A DNA stretch of 63,795 nucleotides, counting the filler, from Pirum gemmata (taxonomy: Eukaryota), in assembly GCA_002812295.1 (NCBI GenBank). It is 30 parts of 30 records of this genome, joined end to end, with 100 filler letters (N's around TTAATTAATTAA, not from the genome) between each part and the next. Parts side by side here need not be neighbours in the genome. Positions count along the whole stretch, not along the records: positions 25,627 to 27,536 come from PDIN01010038.1; positions 27,637 to 29,559 come from PDIN01010039.1; positions 29,660 to 31,603 come from PDIN01010040.1; positions 31,704 to 33,614 come from PDIN01010041.1; positions 33,715 to 35,633 come from PDIN01010042.1; positions 35,734 to 38,414 come from PDIN01010043.1; positions 38,515 to 40,358 come from PDIN01010044.1; 23 more parts are not named here. One strand, written 5' to 3'. Made by a program: the position numbers and the translations under genes. The notes under the pieces are model-generated. The model ran no database searches, was not told the origin of the DNA, and was given only the letters and a program-made list of their open reading frames with translations. This document shows positions 27,471 through 40,110 of this stretch, piece after piece (positions within the stretch are counted from its first letter, which is position 1; each line of letters starts with the position of its first letter).

Positions 27471-27662
27471 CAGCTTCAAAGTTTTTTGTGCTATTTTTTT
27501 ATTGTTATTGTTACTGGGTTGGCCGGTCTTATATATNNNNNNNNNNNNNNNNNNNNNNNNNNNNNNNNNNNNNNNNNNNNTTAATTAATTAANNNNNNNN
27601 NNNNNNNNNNNNNNNNNNNNNNNNNNNNNNNNNNNNAATTGTGTATGTATTTTTTCACAAAT

Positions 27663-29382
27663 TTATATATAATCAATAAACGAAATGTCAACAAAAAAAA
27701 AATCACAGAACTCTGGTTTACCGAAATCATCATGGCCTTTCGGAGATCCATCCAATCTGGACACGAAAACCGCTGGCCAGGGAGGGGAGGCTAGCCCTGA
27801 TTTGGCCTTGTGTAGAAAGGTGTTGTTGCATCGGGGTAGTAAAACAGGGTCTGGATCCAATAGCTGTTCCCAGAGTGGCCACCATGCGGCATCAGGCAAA
27901 AATGGATGGCAGACTACCGTAATCGAACGTTGTTGCTTAATTTGGTGCAATACTTCACCTAATAAACTAAAAGGAGGGTTGGCATACCCTTTATGTACAC
28001 TCCAGTCTTCCAAAAAGGTATCATCTTTTTTTGTTCTATATTTGGGTAGCAAATTATTATTATGATTGGCAAATAATTCCAAGTCACAAGGGCCTAGAAT
28101 TTTCATAGAAAGCTGGAAGAGAGCCGGATGTAGCTGATAGTCTACCCTATTTTCATCGACTGATTCCTCGATATTATCGTAGTCTAGTAGACAGAGTAGC
28201 GAGTCTTCCGAACCACCGGAACCCGCTAGCTTGTTCTTATCGGGAAACTCCAGTCTATTCACTATACTAGCACTATAAGTGTGTTTAGTTTTACCATTAT
28301 CACTATTTTTATTATTTTTATTATTTTTATTATTAATAAAAGTAGCAGCTGTAATCACATGTAAGTTAACAAACTCTAACCGAGTATCTATTTCACTAGC
28401 TAACCTAGATTGAACATCAGCATCATAGTTAAACTTGCCTTCAATATACCTTAAATCTAAATTAAAAGTTTGTAAAATGGCATACCAACGCCTAAGGCGT
28501 CGATAACGAACTGAATCTTCAACATGTAATTTCTTCCATATACCCAACAATAGTTTATGGTCTGTCATAACCATGACTGGGGCCACCGCAGCACTAATAT
28601 ATTTCTCAAACTTAACAACCCCAAATAACAGGGCTAAACCCTCTAGTTCAGTAGGAAAGTAATCAAAATGGCAAGGCTGAAGCTTACTACTAGCATAGGC
28701 TATTAGTTGTTCACTATTATCATCATCTACATTGAAAAGAGCACACCCCACACCCGTTAAGCAAGCATCTACATAAAGTTTCATTTTCCCATTATAATTA
28801 GGAGTGGTGAGTGTACGCCTGCCTGCCTTGTGCTTCTGCCTCTCCCCAAGTAAACTTAACATCCTTCTTCGTTAACATAGAGATGGGTTCTGCGATACTA
28901 GAAAAATTTGGAATAAATCTACACCACCATGATAAGGACTGATAATAACTGCGCACTTCAGACTTACTAGTTGGGTCTCGTAGCTGCATTAAGCCCTTCA
29001 ATCCTTCATCTGTTGTACTAACCCCATTTCGGGAGACTTGTTTACCTAGGTATACTACTTTTGACATGAAAAATTGGCACTTTTCAATCTTCAACTGAAT
29101 GTACCTCTTCCTTCCCTTAGATACTGTGAAGGTGGTATATTTTCTACTAGCCACATCTAACAATACCTACCAGAAACCTTTGGCACAATCTAATACACTG
29201 AAGTATATCTTGTCCCCAATCTCATTGAAAAGTTCTATTTCTGTCATTATTGGAAAAGTTTCTGAAACTATTTCATTATTTAATTGTGATAGATTTGCAC
29301 ATAATCGCCAACCTTCCCCTTCAGCTTTAGCTACCATAACTGGTTGTGCATTCCACCTACTAACCCAAGGTGCATCTTCTAA
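27663..29382 (-). mobile_element. Degenerate Ty3/Gypsy-type pol: RT (premature stop, catalytic core deleted) - RNase H - Dam-like methyltransferase
   Basis: RT motifs WRLCANLSQLN, FSVLDCAKGFW*, KYTTFT, LKIEKCQF..VVYLG; RNase H LYVDAC..GVG, IAYAS, TELEGLA, VMTDHK, YIEGKFNYDADVQSR (28784-28401); MTase DLELFA...DTFLEDW...YANPPF...P...AWW (28142-27753). Confidence 0.88.
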
Positions 29383-29384
29383 TC

Positions 29385-29435
<51 letters not shown>

Positions 29436-29964
29436 TTAATAATGATAATAATAATAATAATAATAATAATATTAATAATGATAATCAGAATAATGATAAT
29501 GATGATAATGATAATAGATATGATGATAATATTAATAATGATAATCAGAATAATGATGANNNNNNNNNNNNNNNNNNNNNNNNNNNNNNNNNNNNNNNNN
29601 NNNTTAATTAATTAANNNNNNNNNNNNNNNNNNNNNNNNNNNNNNNNNNNNNNNNNNNNTGATAATGGTAATGATAATGGTAATGGTAATGGTAATGGTA
29701 ATGGTAATGATGATAATATTGATAATGATATAATAATAATGATAATGATAACGATAATGATAATGATAATGATAATGATAATGATAATGATAATGATAAT
29801 GATAATGATAATGATAATGATAATGATAATGATAATGATAATGATAATTATTAGATAATAATAATGATGATAATAATTCAGTTTTTTTGTTTTTGTTTTT
29901 GTTTTATTTTTTTAGTCAAAGGTCTCCTTTTATGCCTTTTTGAAATTATTTGAAAATTGACTAA

Positions 29965-30270
29965 ACTTCCGGCCTGTGAGGAAATTTGTGTTTTTGAGTT
30001 CTGGCCTGTGAGTAAAAATTTTTTTTTGAGTTCTGGCCTGTGAGTAAAATTGTTTTTCTGACTTCTGGCCTGTGAGTAAAAAAATTTTTTTGAGTTCTGG
30101 CCCATGGGCATTTTGTTGTTTTTAGGTTCTGGCCTATGAGTAAAAAAAAAATAGGTTCTGGCCTCCGGTCAATCTGACTTCCTATTGACTTCTGGCCTCT
30201 GCGCAAACTGGCTTCCTATTGACTTCTGGCCTCTGCGCAAACTGGCTTCCTATTGACTTCTGGCCTGTCC
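29965..30270. repeat. Array of ~32-34-bp units built on TTCTGGCCT, resembling transposon subterminal repeats
   Basis: About nine TTCTGGCC cores in two unit types. Confidence 0.7.
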
Positions 30271-30543
30271 GCTTTTATTATTACGTTTTTAAAAAATATT
30301 TAATAATTACGTTCATGCCTGTAGAGGAAAATAACGAAAACCTCACATGGTATATTTTAATATTTATCACATGGTATATTATAAGCAATATTAACTAGAC
30401 TACTAAGTAATGAACTATTAATATTTATGGAATAATAATAAAAACGAGGGTTGATGTAGCTGTTGTCAGCCTGTTGATGTGGGCCATGTGGCTCCTTCAA
30501 TGGTTTACTAAAGAGCGGAGCGCCGGAGTCTCAAAACCTTAAT

Positions 30544-30690
30544 TATAGTGTTTTCCAATAGTGTTGTCCAGTTCAAAAACTTAAATAAACTTACCAAATT
30601 ATTATTATGGTTAAACTATCGGACATGTTTTGATTAATTTGGTATTTTATATATAATGTTACATTTTATAAAACAGTTCAATTATACTCA
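30544..30690. mobile_element. Dispersed repeat family B (TATAGTGTTTTCCAATAGTG...ATGGTTAAACTATCGGACATG...AGTTCAATTATAC)
   Basis: Related copies at ~21640-21771, 32560-32771, 56614-56663, 62233-62334. Confidence 0.7.
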
Positions 30691-31243
30691 ATATTATTAT
30701 TATTATATTTTTATGATATCATATTATTATTAAAAAAAAAATTTATTATTATTATTATTATCGTTGATAGTGATATTGATAATAATAATAATTATATGAT
30801 AATAATAATAAAAACAAAAATAATTATTTATAACAATGNCCCCCCCCCCCCCCCAGACGGTCCAGAGTCCAGACCACAGCTGGTTATCCATAGCGGTTCG
30901 ATCTACTGTCACTGTCACAGTCTGTCAGCACTGTCAAATGTCGAAACAAAAAGACACTGTCAAATCATGGCGACTCAAATGTCGAAGCAAAAAGAAATGG
31001 TGCTAGATCCAGCAGGGACACCCGCTATACATCGGAGGGATTTCCAGTCAAATACAGCTTCAAATACCCCCTACCTACCTTCCCCTACTCTTCCCCTCGA
31101 CGTTAATTTCCGGTCAAATACCACCTACCTACCTACCCCTTGACGTGACGTATTATTTGAACGCTCCTTTTTTAAATACAGGAGGGACTATCATACTAAA
31201 GTCTCTAAAGTCTTACTAGACCCCCCCTATAGACTACTAGTTA

Positions 31244-31436
31244 GTGCTTTTCAGTTGTTTTGTCATCATAAAATATACAATAAAGAGTATCAAATTAATA
31301 CAAAATAAATCCATTTCATTTAATTTGGTATATTTTTTAAAATCTTTTTATTCATTTTTAAAATTTTAAAATATCGAATTAAATATTATAACCAACCAAA
31401 TAAATATTCGGAGTGACAAAAATAAATGAAAAGCAC
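31244..31436. mobile_element. MITE family A full-length copy
   Basis: GTGCTTTTCAGTTGTTTTGTCA ... TGACAAAAATAAATGAAAAGCAC. Confidence 0.85.
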
Positions 31437-32124
31437 ATTACCGGTCATTACCGGTAGACTAATATGACTAATAGACTATGATAGCATAAAGAGAACGACG
31501 TGTATAATAATAATAGACTATCATAATAATAAAATTTTATCATATTAAAAAAATATTATCATAAATTCATAATATATATATATTGATATATATATATATA
31601 TATNNNNNNNNNNNNNNNNNNNNNNNNNNNNNNNNNNNNNNNNNNNNTTAATTAATTAANNNNNNNNNNNNNNNNNNNNNNNNNNNNNNNNNNNNNNNNN
31701 NNNACAATAAACAATAAACAATAAACAATAAACAATAAACAATAAACAATAAACAATAAACAATAATTATTTATAATCAAAAATCAATATTGATTATTAT
31801 ACATATATATACCAAAGAGCCGAAAGACCCACATCATAAATCATACATTAAATTTTAAATATATTATTCCAAAGAAATTGATTATTATTATTATTATCTT
31901 TTTTGTTTAGCCAAGCTGGATACAACTACAGAAATCATTTCTTTTTTAGACTTGCCAATTTATTCTTAAACACCGGCCATTGGTTCGTAATAGAGTTTTT
32001 TTAGTTAAACAATTTCTCAAATGTTGGTAGTACTTTTAAAATAAAATTGGAGCATTTTGATATTTTTTGGATTTTGGGGCTTGGCTGTTAAAAAAAAAAA
32101 AAAGCTGAAACTGTGCAAGGAAAC

Positions 32125-32357
32125 AGTAGGGGTGAGATGACGTCATTATATCATTACCGAACAGGTGCCGGAACCTTTCCGATTTTATAATTTATTTCTA
32201 TTAATGTTAATATTATTACTTTAATTGGTATCTACTATAATTAAATTTACTATTTTAAACTATTTAGATACTATTATTAGTAAGAAACACGGAACTAAGG
32301 TTGGCTCGATAAACATCTGTTCGAAAAAAGTTCCAGTAGATATCTCACCCCCCTGCT
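32125..32357 (+). mobile_element. MITE family C copy, 8-bp TSD
   Basis: TSD AAGGAAAC at 32117-32124 and 32358-32365; a partial reverse copy lies at 17338-17420. Confidence 0.9.
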
Positions 32358-32838
32358 AAGGAAACTCTGGCGGGAGGACTTAGAAAAAGTTTAGTCATTT
32401 ATTGTCTTTTGATTGGAAGTATGAAAAGAATAATTATTTAACTGGTTGTTTAGTTTTGAGATTAGGAAAAGTTCTATTCTAATCTGATAGGCAAAAGGTC
32501 AAAGACCACAACACAGACAACACAGCTGATTAGTTTAGAGTCAACACTGACTAGTCTACTATTAAAATCACAGCCACAAAATCATATCGAGGTTTTCAAT
32601 AATATAGGCTAGACTATACCGTGTTTTTGTCCAGCTCAAAAACTAAAATAAACGTATCAAATTATAAACTATCGGACGTGTTTTAATTAATTTGGTGTTT
32701 TTTATGTAATGTTTTATTTTATAAACAAGTTCAATTATACACTTAAACAGTACCAAATTTAAGATTGAGAGGACAACTTTGAGAATATGTTAGTTTGGGT
32801 ATCTAACTAGTTCTAACTCCCCTAGTTTAATAACTACA

Positions 32839-32925
32839 TGCTATGGGAGAAAATGTAAACTTTTTGGAATTGGGGCTAGATGTATCAATGGAAGATGTCG
32901 ATGTGAACAAGGGTACAGACGTTAA
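32839..32925 (+). pseudogene. EGF/EB-like Cys-rich fragment
   Basis: CYGRKCKLFGIGARCINGRCRCEQGYRR followed by stop. Confidence 0.35.
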
Positions 32926-35118
32926 GATTTTCCTTGTAGTCCTGGAATGTAATTCATGTGTTGATTTGTGGTATTAGTCTTCATTAAGGTCAGGACACAG
33001 GTTTAGTGTTAGTATTGGTGTCAGTGTTAGTGTTATTGTTAGTGTTAATTAACGTTAGTGTTAGTGTTAGTGTTAGGGTTAGTGTTAGGGTGAGGGACTG
33101 TTAGGGTTAAAGGTTAGGGAGTGTCGGGATTAGGGTAGGGTTAGGGTTAGAATTTGTACAGTATATATGATATTGTTTACGTATAGAGTGTTATGTAGTG
33201 AGTTCCTTGCTTAAGGGTTAGACTATGTTATCATATGTGATATTTCATATATCATAAAAAATAGAAAAAAACAAAAGGTTTTATCATAATGTATAATAAT
33301 ATATTGTTGGCTGTCATACCATTTTTACTATATATTTGATAGCTTTGATTGGAAATCGGAAAAATAAAAATATATATTTTCATTTCTGACTACCAGTAGA
33401 AACCTAGAATTAGAGACTATCATACTTGGTAACAATAAAAATTTATATGGACCAATCGGCTAAATCCGTATACATACCCAAACGTCTATATCTTAATGGT
33501 TATTGGATAAAGTCTACTCATGATGTGGGTCTTTCAGTGGTATATATATTGTGCTTTTCATTTATTTTGTCACTCTAAATATTTATTTGGGGGGTTATAA
33601 TATTTAAATTATTANNNNNNNNNNNNNNNNNNNNNNNNNNNNNNNNNNNNNNNNNNNNTTAATTAATTAANNNNNNNNNNNNNNNNNNNNNNNNNNNNNN
33701 NNNNNNNNNNNNNNGTAATATAAATATTAATATTATTAATATTATTAATATTATTAACATTATTATGGTTTTTGTTATTAACAGCTGCGCTTAATGAACG
33801 AACAATTTATTGAATTTTTTGATACTGATCTTGTTCATACTCCGGTGCACCATCCGTCCTGGGTTTATATAACTTAATTTTTAGCTATACGAGCCTATTA
33901 TTATTATTACTATCATTCGAACTTTTTGGTTACACGAGCGTATTATTACTATTATATTATAATTATCATTCGAGCTTTTTCGCTACACGAGTTTATTATT
34001 ACTATTCTATTCGAGAGATTTTCTCATTTCGAGCTTTTCCCATTAATGTAAAAAAAAAAAACATAACCATTTCGAGTTTTTCCCATTCCTAGTTTTTTGT
34101 TCACGTAAAATGTTACTCGATAGCATAAGAAAGAAAGAACCCCCGCGCCCCTATTTTTTATGAGGGATGATAGTGTTGGGAGTGGTTGGTGGGGTTCAAA
34201 ATTTATCAGCCCCTTCCCGCACTTTTTTTTTTCGATTCTTATTTTTGGGCTAATCAAAAATAAAAAAAACCCTGTTCGAAAAAGAAAAAAAAAACTACTG
34301 GTTTCGAATACTAGTTTTAAATACCCAGCTTCTGTAATGTTTCCGGTTAATCGAAAATAAAATTCCCTAGTTCGAGACCTCCCAAAAAAAATCTTGTGAT
34401 GGGGGGATGAGGTTGGGGGGGGGGATGTAAAAAGTAACAGTGTTATATGCCTAGTGATAATGGGCTGGGCTGGGGGTCTTGTTGAAAACACCCCCTATTT
34501 TCATTTTTCGAAAATAAAATTAAAAAATAAAAAAGCTTGGTTTTTTTTATTATTATTTTATATATAAATCGACCTTTTTTTATCAATCCACGAAAAAATG
34601 ACTTCATCCACTAATTTGAAAAGCCCGGCTTCAGTTTTGTTTTCCGTTTAATCGAAAATAAAAACCCTAACTCGAAAGAAAAAACCCATTACAAAAAAAA
34701 AAAAGCACCCCTGCTCGAATAAAAAAAAAATACTATTTTCGAACACTAGTAGGAGAATATTACACCCGATTTCATCTGGGGAAAGAGGGGGTGCTTAAAA
34801 GCCAGAACTTTGTATCCCACGTCAGCAAGAAGGGGGTGATGGGTTGGGCTGGGCTAGGGTCACATTGTTCAAAACTCACTTAATTTTTATTGATCGAAAA
34901 AAAAAAAAAAAGCTTGTTTTCATGTTTTATAAATAAATAAGATTTTCCCAGAGGAAGCTATTTTTTGGGCTTGTTGCAGTTGTGCATTTTTCAAGCAAAA
35001 AAACTCGAATATTGCTGTAAAAACCAAGAAACAATCGTAGATTCGAAAATTTATATTTTTTTTAAACCCCTCATAATTACTAAATAAGTTCGAAATTTTT
35101 CAAAAATGTAAAAATATT

Positions 35119-35407
35119 CATAGGGACTAAAGTATATAGGGCTAGAACGGATGGCGTCACAATAATATATATATATTTCTAACCTTCGACATAGGTTACT
35201 ATAGGTAGAGGGAATGAGAAACCCCCTCTTCTTAACTAAGTATAGGGCTATAGCCAGCACGGAGGGGGTTGGGTAGGGAAAAAGAGAAATGAGGTTAGCA
35301 AAAAATAAAAATTGAAAATATATTATTATGACGTCATGTTAGCAAAATAAATTGAAAATATATTATTATGACGTCATCCGTGCTAGCCGTATACTTTAGT
35401 CCCTATG
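35119..35407. mobile_element. MITE with ~50-bp imperfect TIRs (CATAGGGACTAAAGTATA...)
   Basis: 35119-35170 is the approximate reverse complement of 35359-35407. Confidence 0.65.
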
Positions 35408-35755
35408 GTATATCGTAGATGAGCGAACTGTTCAAAAAACTCGAAGTTCCAAAATTTCAAACATATAACTATGAATAAACCTTTTTCTTTATTAACCCGT
35501 GGAAAAAATCGTAACTATTAAAATCAGGGTGTAATTCACATTCTTGATTTGCTTCATCCACTGCTTTTAAATACCCAGCGTCTGTTATGCCCTTTTATTA
35601 TTTTTTTCATTATTATTATTATTATTATTATTANNNNNNNNNNNNNNNNNNNNNNNNNNNNNNNNNNNNNNNNNNNNTTAATTAATTAANNNNNNNNNNN
35701 NNNNNNNNNNNNNNNNNNNNNNNNNNNNNNNNNTTATTATTATTATTATTAAAAG

Positions 35756-35902
35756 ACCATTCAATTTTATTTAGTAATTTATTTCTGGGATTTGCTGTCG
35801 CAGTTTCTGCCAAGCATACAATCAAACTAAAGAAAGAACCTTACACCCAATATGACATTGATCGTCTACTAAAGCACACGTATGATTCATTTAATGGTAA
35901 GA

Positions 35903-35941
<39 letters not shown>

Positions 35942-36204
35942 GGTCATCGCTATTTTCATCCTTTTTATTGCCATCATTTATTTTTTGTAAGATTACGCTT
36001 ATATAAGATTTATAAGGGTTACTTATAACTATTTACAAATATATTCCTATTAAAAAGGTGGGGTTGGGCATGGTTTCTCCCCGTTTTTGGATCGCCATGT
36101 TAATTTGGCAATGGAGATTTTGCAAGACGGTTTTGTAAGCAGAGGACACAATGAACCTTTAGATAATATGTTTTTAACTCAATTCTTTGGTGATATCACT
36201 ATTG
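35756..36204 (+). CDS. 5' exons (35756-35896, 36058-36204) of a pepsin-family (A1) aspartic protease, cathepsin D/proteinase A-like
   Basis: Spliced phase-1 join gives signal (LFLGFAVAVSA), propeptide (KHTIKLKK) and HNEPLDNMFLTQFFGDITIG, matching the PLxNxxxxQY/FxGxIxIGTP start of mature pepsins. Confidence 0.75.
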
Positions 36205-38240
36205 GTACTATTTTACAAGTTCAAATTTACTGTTGTATCTGTTATATGCTTTTATTAAAACTAATTTTGTTCCTGTTTATAGTTCTATTTTGATCTTTCA
36301 TTTATGATTGTATGCAACCTAATATACACGCACACACATACACATACAAAAACACACAAACACACAAACACACACACAAACACACAAACACACAAACATA
36401 CAAACATACAAACATACAAACAAANNNNNNNNNNNNNNNNNNNNNNNNNNNNNNNNNNNNNNNNNNNNNNNNNTCATATATATATAATACATACGCCTTT
36501 TTTGTCTTGCTTTTTTCATCATATATATCATACATACGCCAATAATCAATTATGGATGATTCTACTTGGTAAAAATTAGTAGGCAATCTATCTATGATAA
36601 TATTATCATACTAAACCTACATACATATTACATTACTTATTTTTTATTAATAACGTTGTTGTGCGTTTTTGATCATGGGGAAACTTCGGGTGGATTTTAT
36701 ATAATTAAACTTTTAGAAGTAATAATAGTAAAAGTATACGTAGTAGTGGTGATGGTGGCGGTGGTGGTGGTAGTGGTAGTAATAGTATTATTGGTAGAAG
36801 TAGTATTATAGTATTAATATTAATATTTTTTTAAAAAAATTAAATATATATCGTACGAAACTGTACGAATATATATCATATCACATCAAAGTTTATTTTA
36901 AAGGGTTATAATTATCATAGGGTTACAGTTAGGGTTAGGGTTAGAGAGTTAGGGTTAGAGTTAGAGTTAGAGTCCTAGTTAGAGTTAATTAGAGTTAGAG
37001 GTGGAATTAAGAGGTAGGGTTAGAGTTAGAGTTAATGGTTAGGGTTAGAGTTAGGGTTAGGGTACAAAATTTAATTATGTAACTACGAATTATTGATTAT
37101 GAGTATAAAAAAATAATCAATAACAGTAGCATTACAAAAACAGTCATTTACAATAGTAGCAACGTTGGTTAACGTTACCACTACTTCAGCTATAGAATTA
37201 TACATTAAATTTTATGAAAAAAGCAATAATAGTAACAAAATTTATAATATCAATAGTGATAGCAACAGCAACCTGCAAAACAACAACAGTTACTAGACTA
37301 TTATCCATAAAACCCTAACCCTAGCTAGATCTCTAACCCTAAGTTCTCTAATCCTAACCCTAACCTAGCCCTAACCACCCCTAAATTTCACAGTTATAAT
37401 ATATATAGTTAAATTAATTAAAGTTGCAATTTGTTGATTTGCTTCATAATACTTTGGTATAAGTAAATGATGAGATTGTCAGTTGGTTTTGACTTGTTGT
37501 ACTTTTCATAATGAAACCATATCATAATAAATATTCTATGATGAGCAATTGTATTGTTCTTTTGTAGAAATATTTGTTTTTTTTTTTAAACTTTGTTCAC
37601 CCTAACCCCTATTTAAAAACCTCCTAAACAGCTATTCAGTTTTTAACATAGTTCAGTTATACTAGTTGTTATACTACTACTACTATCGTGCTTTTTCAGT
37701 TGTTTTGTTATTTTTTAAAAAATATTCAGAGTGACAAAATATCATAAATGAAAAGCGCTGTAATAGCTAGCTAGCTAGACTAATAACTCTTTTTTAAAAA
37801 ACTCTGACCAATGAGAAAAATGAGACAAATCCAGACATCCAAAAAAAAAAAAATGCTTTTCATATTTTTCCCTTTTCAATTGGTTGTTTACAGTTTTTAT
37901 TTTAGGGTATTTTGTTTTTATCCAATTGAATTTCCGTAATAGGATTCTGAATTTCTGATCTTCGGCGAGTCTTCGCCGAGCGGTATTCGCCCTGGAATTT
38001 CGCCAAGCCTCACTCTAAAAAAAAAACTTCGATCGAGAATAAATTTCGTTTGTTTTTAAAACATTTATTCGAGCGCTACCAAGATAAAGTACAATAACTA
38101 GACTCGGTTTTCTGAGTAGGAGCTTATATTAACACTCGATCAGCTCGATAAATACTGCAAGCCTCGTTTTTTTTTTTAAAAAAAAATATATAAATAAAAT
38201 AAGTCAAACTAGCTGTCAAACTATAAGTCAATAAAGTCAA

Positions 38241-38278
<38 letters not shown>

Positions 38279-38653
38279 TAATATTTTTTATTTTTTTTCT
38301 TTTTTTTTTTTTTTTTTTTGATTGAAAAATTTTGAAAATTTCGAACTAGCTATTCTCGATTCGATAGTTTTGCCAACATCTCCGTAAGATTACGTCATTA
38401 TAGGTAAATTTTTTNNNNNNNNNNNNNNNNNNNNNNNNNNNNNNNNNNNNNNNNNNNNTTAATTAATTAANNNNNNNNNNNNNNNNNNNNNNNNNNNNNN
38501 NNNNNNNNNNNNNNTCTTCTGTAATTTGTTTACTTATTTTTCTTTTTGCATCATCTCCTAGTTTTGGTAGACGTTTGAAATCATTAAACCCATATTGGGA
38601 TAAAAAAAAAATTCAAATAATAAATTACGAATGAAAATTAGGTAAAATAAGAT

Positions 38654-38738
38654 GGCTGTTTGCCCGAGTTGGTCTAAGGGGTTAGACTCAAGTTCTAATA
38701 TACGTATGTATGCGTGAGTTCGAATCTCACAGCAGTCA
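38654..38738 (+). tRNA. tRNA-Leu (CAA), copy 1
   Basis: Acceptor GGCTGTT/AGCAGTC, anticodon stem TTAGA/TCTAA with CAA at 38689-38691, long variable arm, GTGAG-TTCGAAT-CTCAC T-arm. Confidence 0.93.
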
Positions 38739-39518
38739 AATGATTATAATAGATATAATCGATAGTTTTTCGATAAAAATCGAAATTGAAAAATACCCAT
38801 TGACAGTTTTTCGATAAGAATCGAAAATTGAAAAATACCCATCGATAGTTTTTCGATAAGAATCGAAAATTGAAAAATACCCATCGATAGTTTTTCGATA
38901 AAAATCGGAAATTAAAAAAATATCCANTTTGGCATACACAATTAACTACCACAAAATGGAGTATTACAGCATAAATAATAACCTAAAATGGTTAATTTTA
39001 CAAATTTGGGTGTTCTGTTACTTTAAAAGTATATTTTGAAGGAAATTTTCGTTTTTACTAGACTATTTAAAGTTTTAGGCTTGACCTTAGATGGTAATAT
39101 TTACAAATATAGGTGTTCTATTACTTCATAATTATACTAAAAAAAAGAAATTTACATTTCAACTAGACTGTTTAAAATAATGATACTTTCAAATATAGTT
39201 CTTGGCTTTTCACAAATTCTTGATCTTATAACTTTCATCCTTAGTTACTAGCTTTGAACTTATTACATATTTTGCTATAAATATTATTTACCAATTGTAT
39301 TAAAGTTTTTGCTTCTGAAAGGGGCTTTACATTAGAAATTTGTTAACTGGGGGATAAAAAAAAAATTCAAATAAAAAATTACGAATGAAAATTACATTTT
39401 TCCCATAAATTACTTAAATTTTTTACACTTCAAAAAAATGTTGAAATTTTTCTTCTGTTGGGGGATGAAAAAAAATTTCAAATCAAAAATTACGAATAAA
39501 AATTGCGTAAAATAAGAT

Positions 39519-39603
39519 GGCTGTTTGCCCGAGTTGGTCTAAGGGGTTAGACTCAAGTTCTAATATACGTATGTATGCGTGAGTTCGAATCTCACAGCAG
39601 TCA
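39519..39603 (+). tRNA. tRNA-Leu (CAA), copy 2 (identical)
   Basis: Same 85-nt sequence, 865 bp downstream. Confidence 0.93.
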
Positions 39604-39622
39604 AATAATTATAGGAGAATAT

Positions 39623-40110
39623 AATCGATAGTTTTTCGATAAAAATCGAAATTGAAAAATACCCATCGATAGTTTTTCGATAAGAATCGAAAATTGAAAA
39701 ATACCCATCGATAGTTTTTCGATAAGAATCGAAAATTGAAAAATACCCATCGATAAGAATCGAAAATTGAAAAATACCCATCGATAGTCTTTCGATAAGA
39801 ATCGAAAATTAAAAATATCCATCGATAGTTTTTGGATTAACAATCCAAAAGGGATAAGTCCGATCGATAGTTTTCGATAAATAACGAAAATTAGATTAAA
39901 AACATCGATATTTTTTGATAAAAATCGAAAATTGAGAAATACCAATCGATAACTCTTCGATAAAATCGAAAGTAAAAAAAAAAATATCGATAGTTTTTCG
40001 ATAAAATCGAAAATTGAACAATATCTATCGATAGTTTTTTGATTAAGTCGTTCATAGAGAAATTGGATATCGATGTTTTTCGATAATTGTAAAATACCTA
40101 TCGATTTTCT
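39623..40110 (+). repeat. 42-bp TCGA-rich tandem repeats downstream of tRNA-Leu (also 38758-38925)
   Basis: Unit AAAATTGAAAAATACCCATCGATAGTTTTTCGATAAGAATCG, decaying distally. Confidence 0.85.

Noticed and set aside
27685..28065. Antisense ORFs over real CDSs (also 2797, 6507, 53355, 58209)
   Set aside because: Shadow frames of opposite-strand coding sequence.
29167..29169. TAG at a Gln position suggesting a TAR=Gln genetic code
   Set aside because: Single case in a decayed element; intact genes end in TAA and long ORFs have no internal TAR.
34024..34491. 155-aa ORF in G/A-run-rich contig
   Set aside because: Homopolymer-driven composition, no motifs or splice support.
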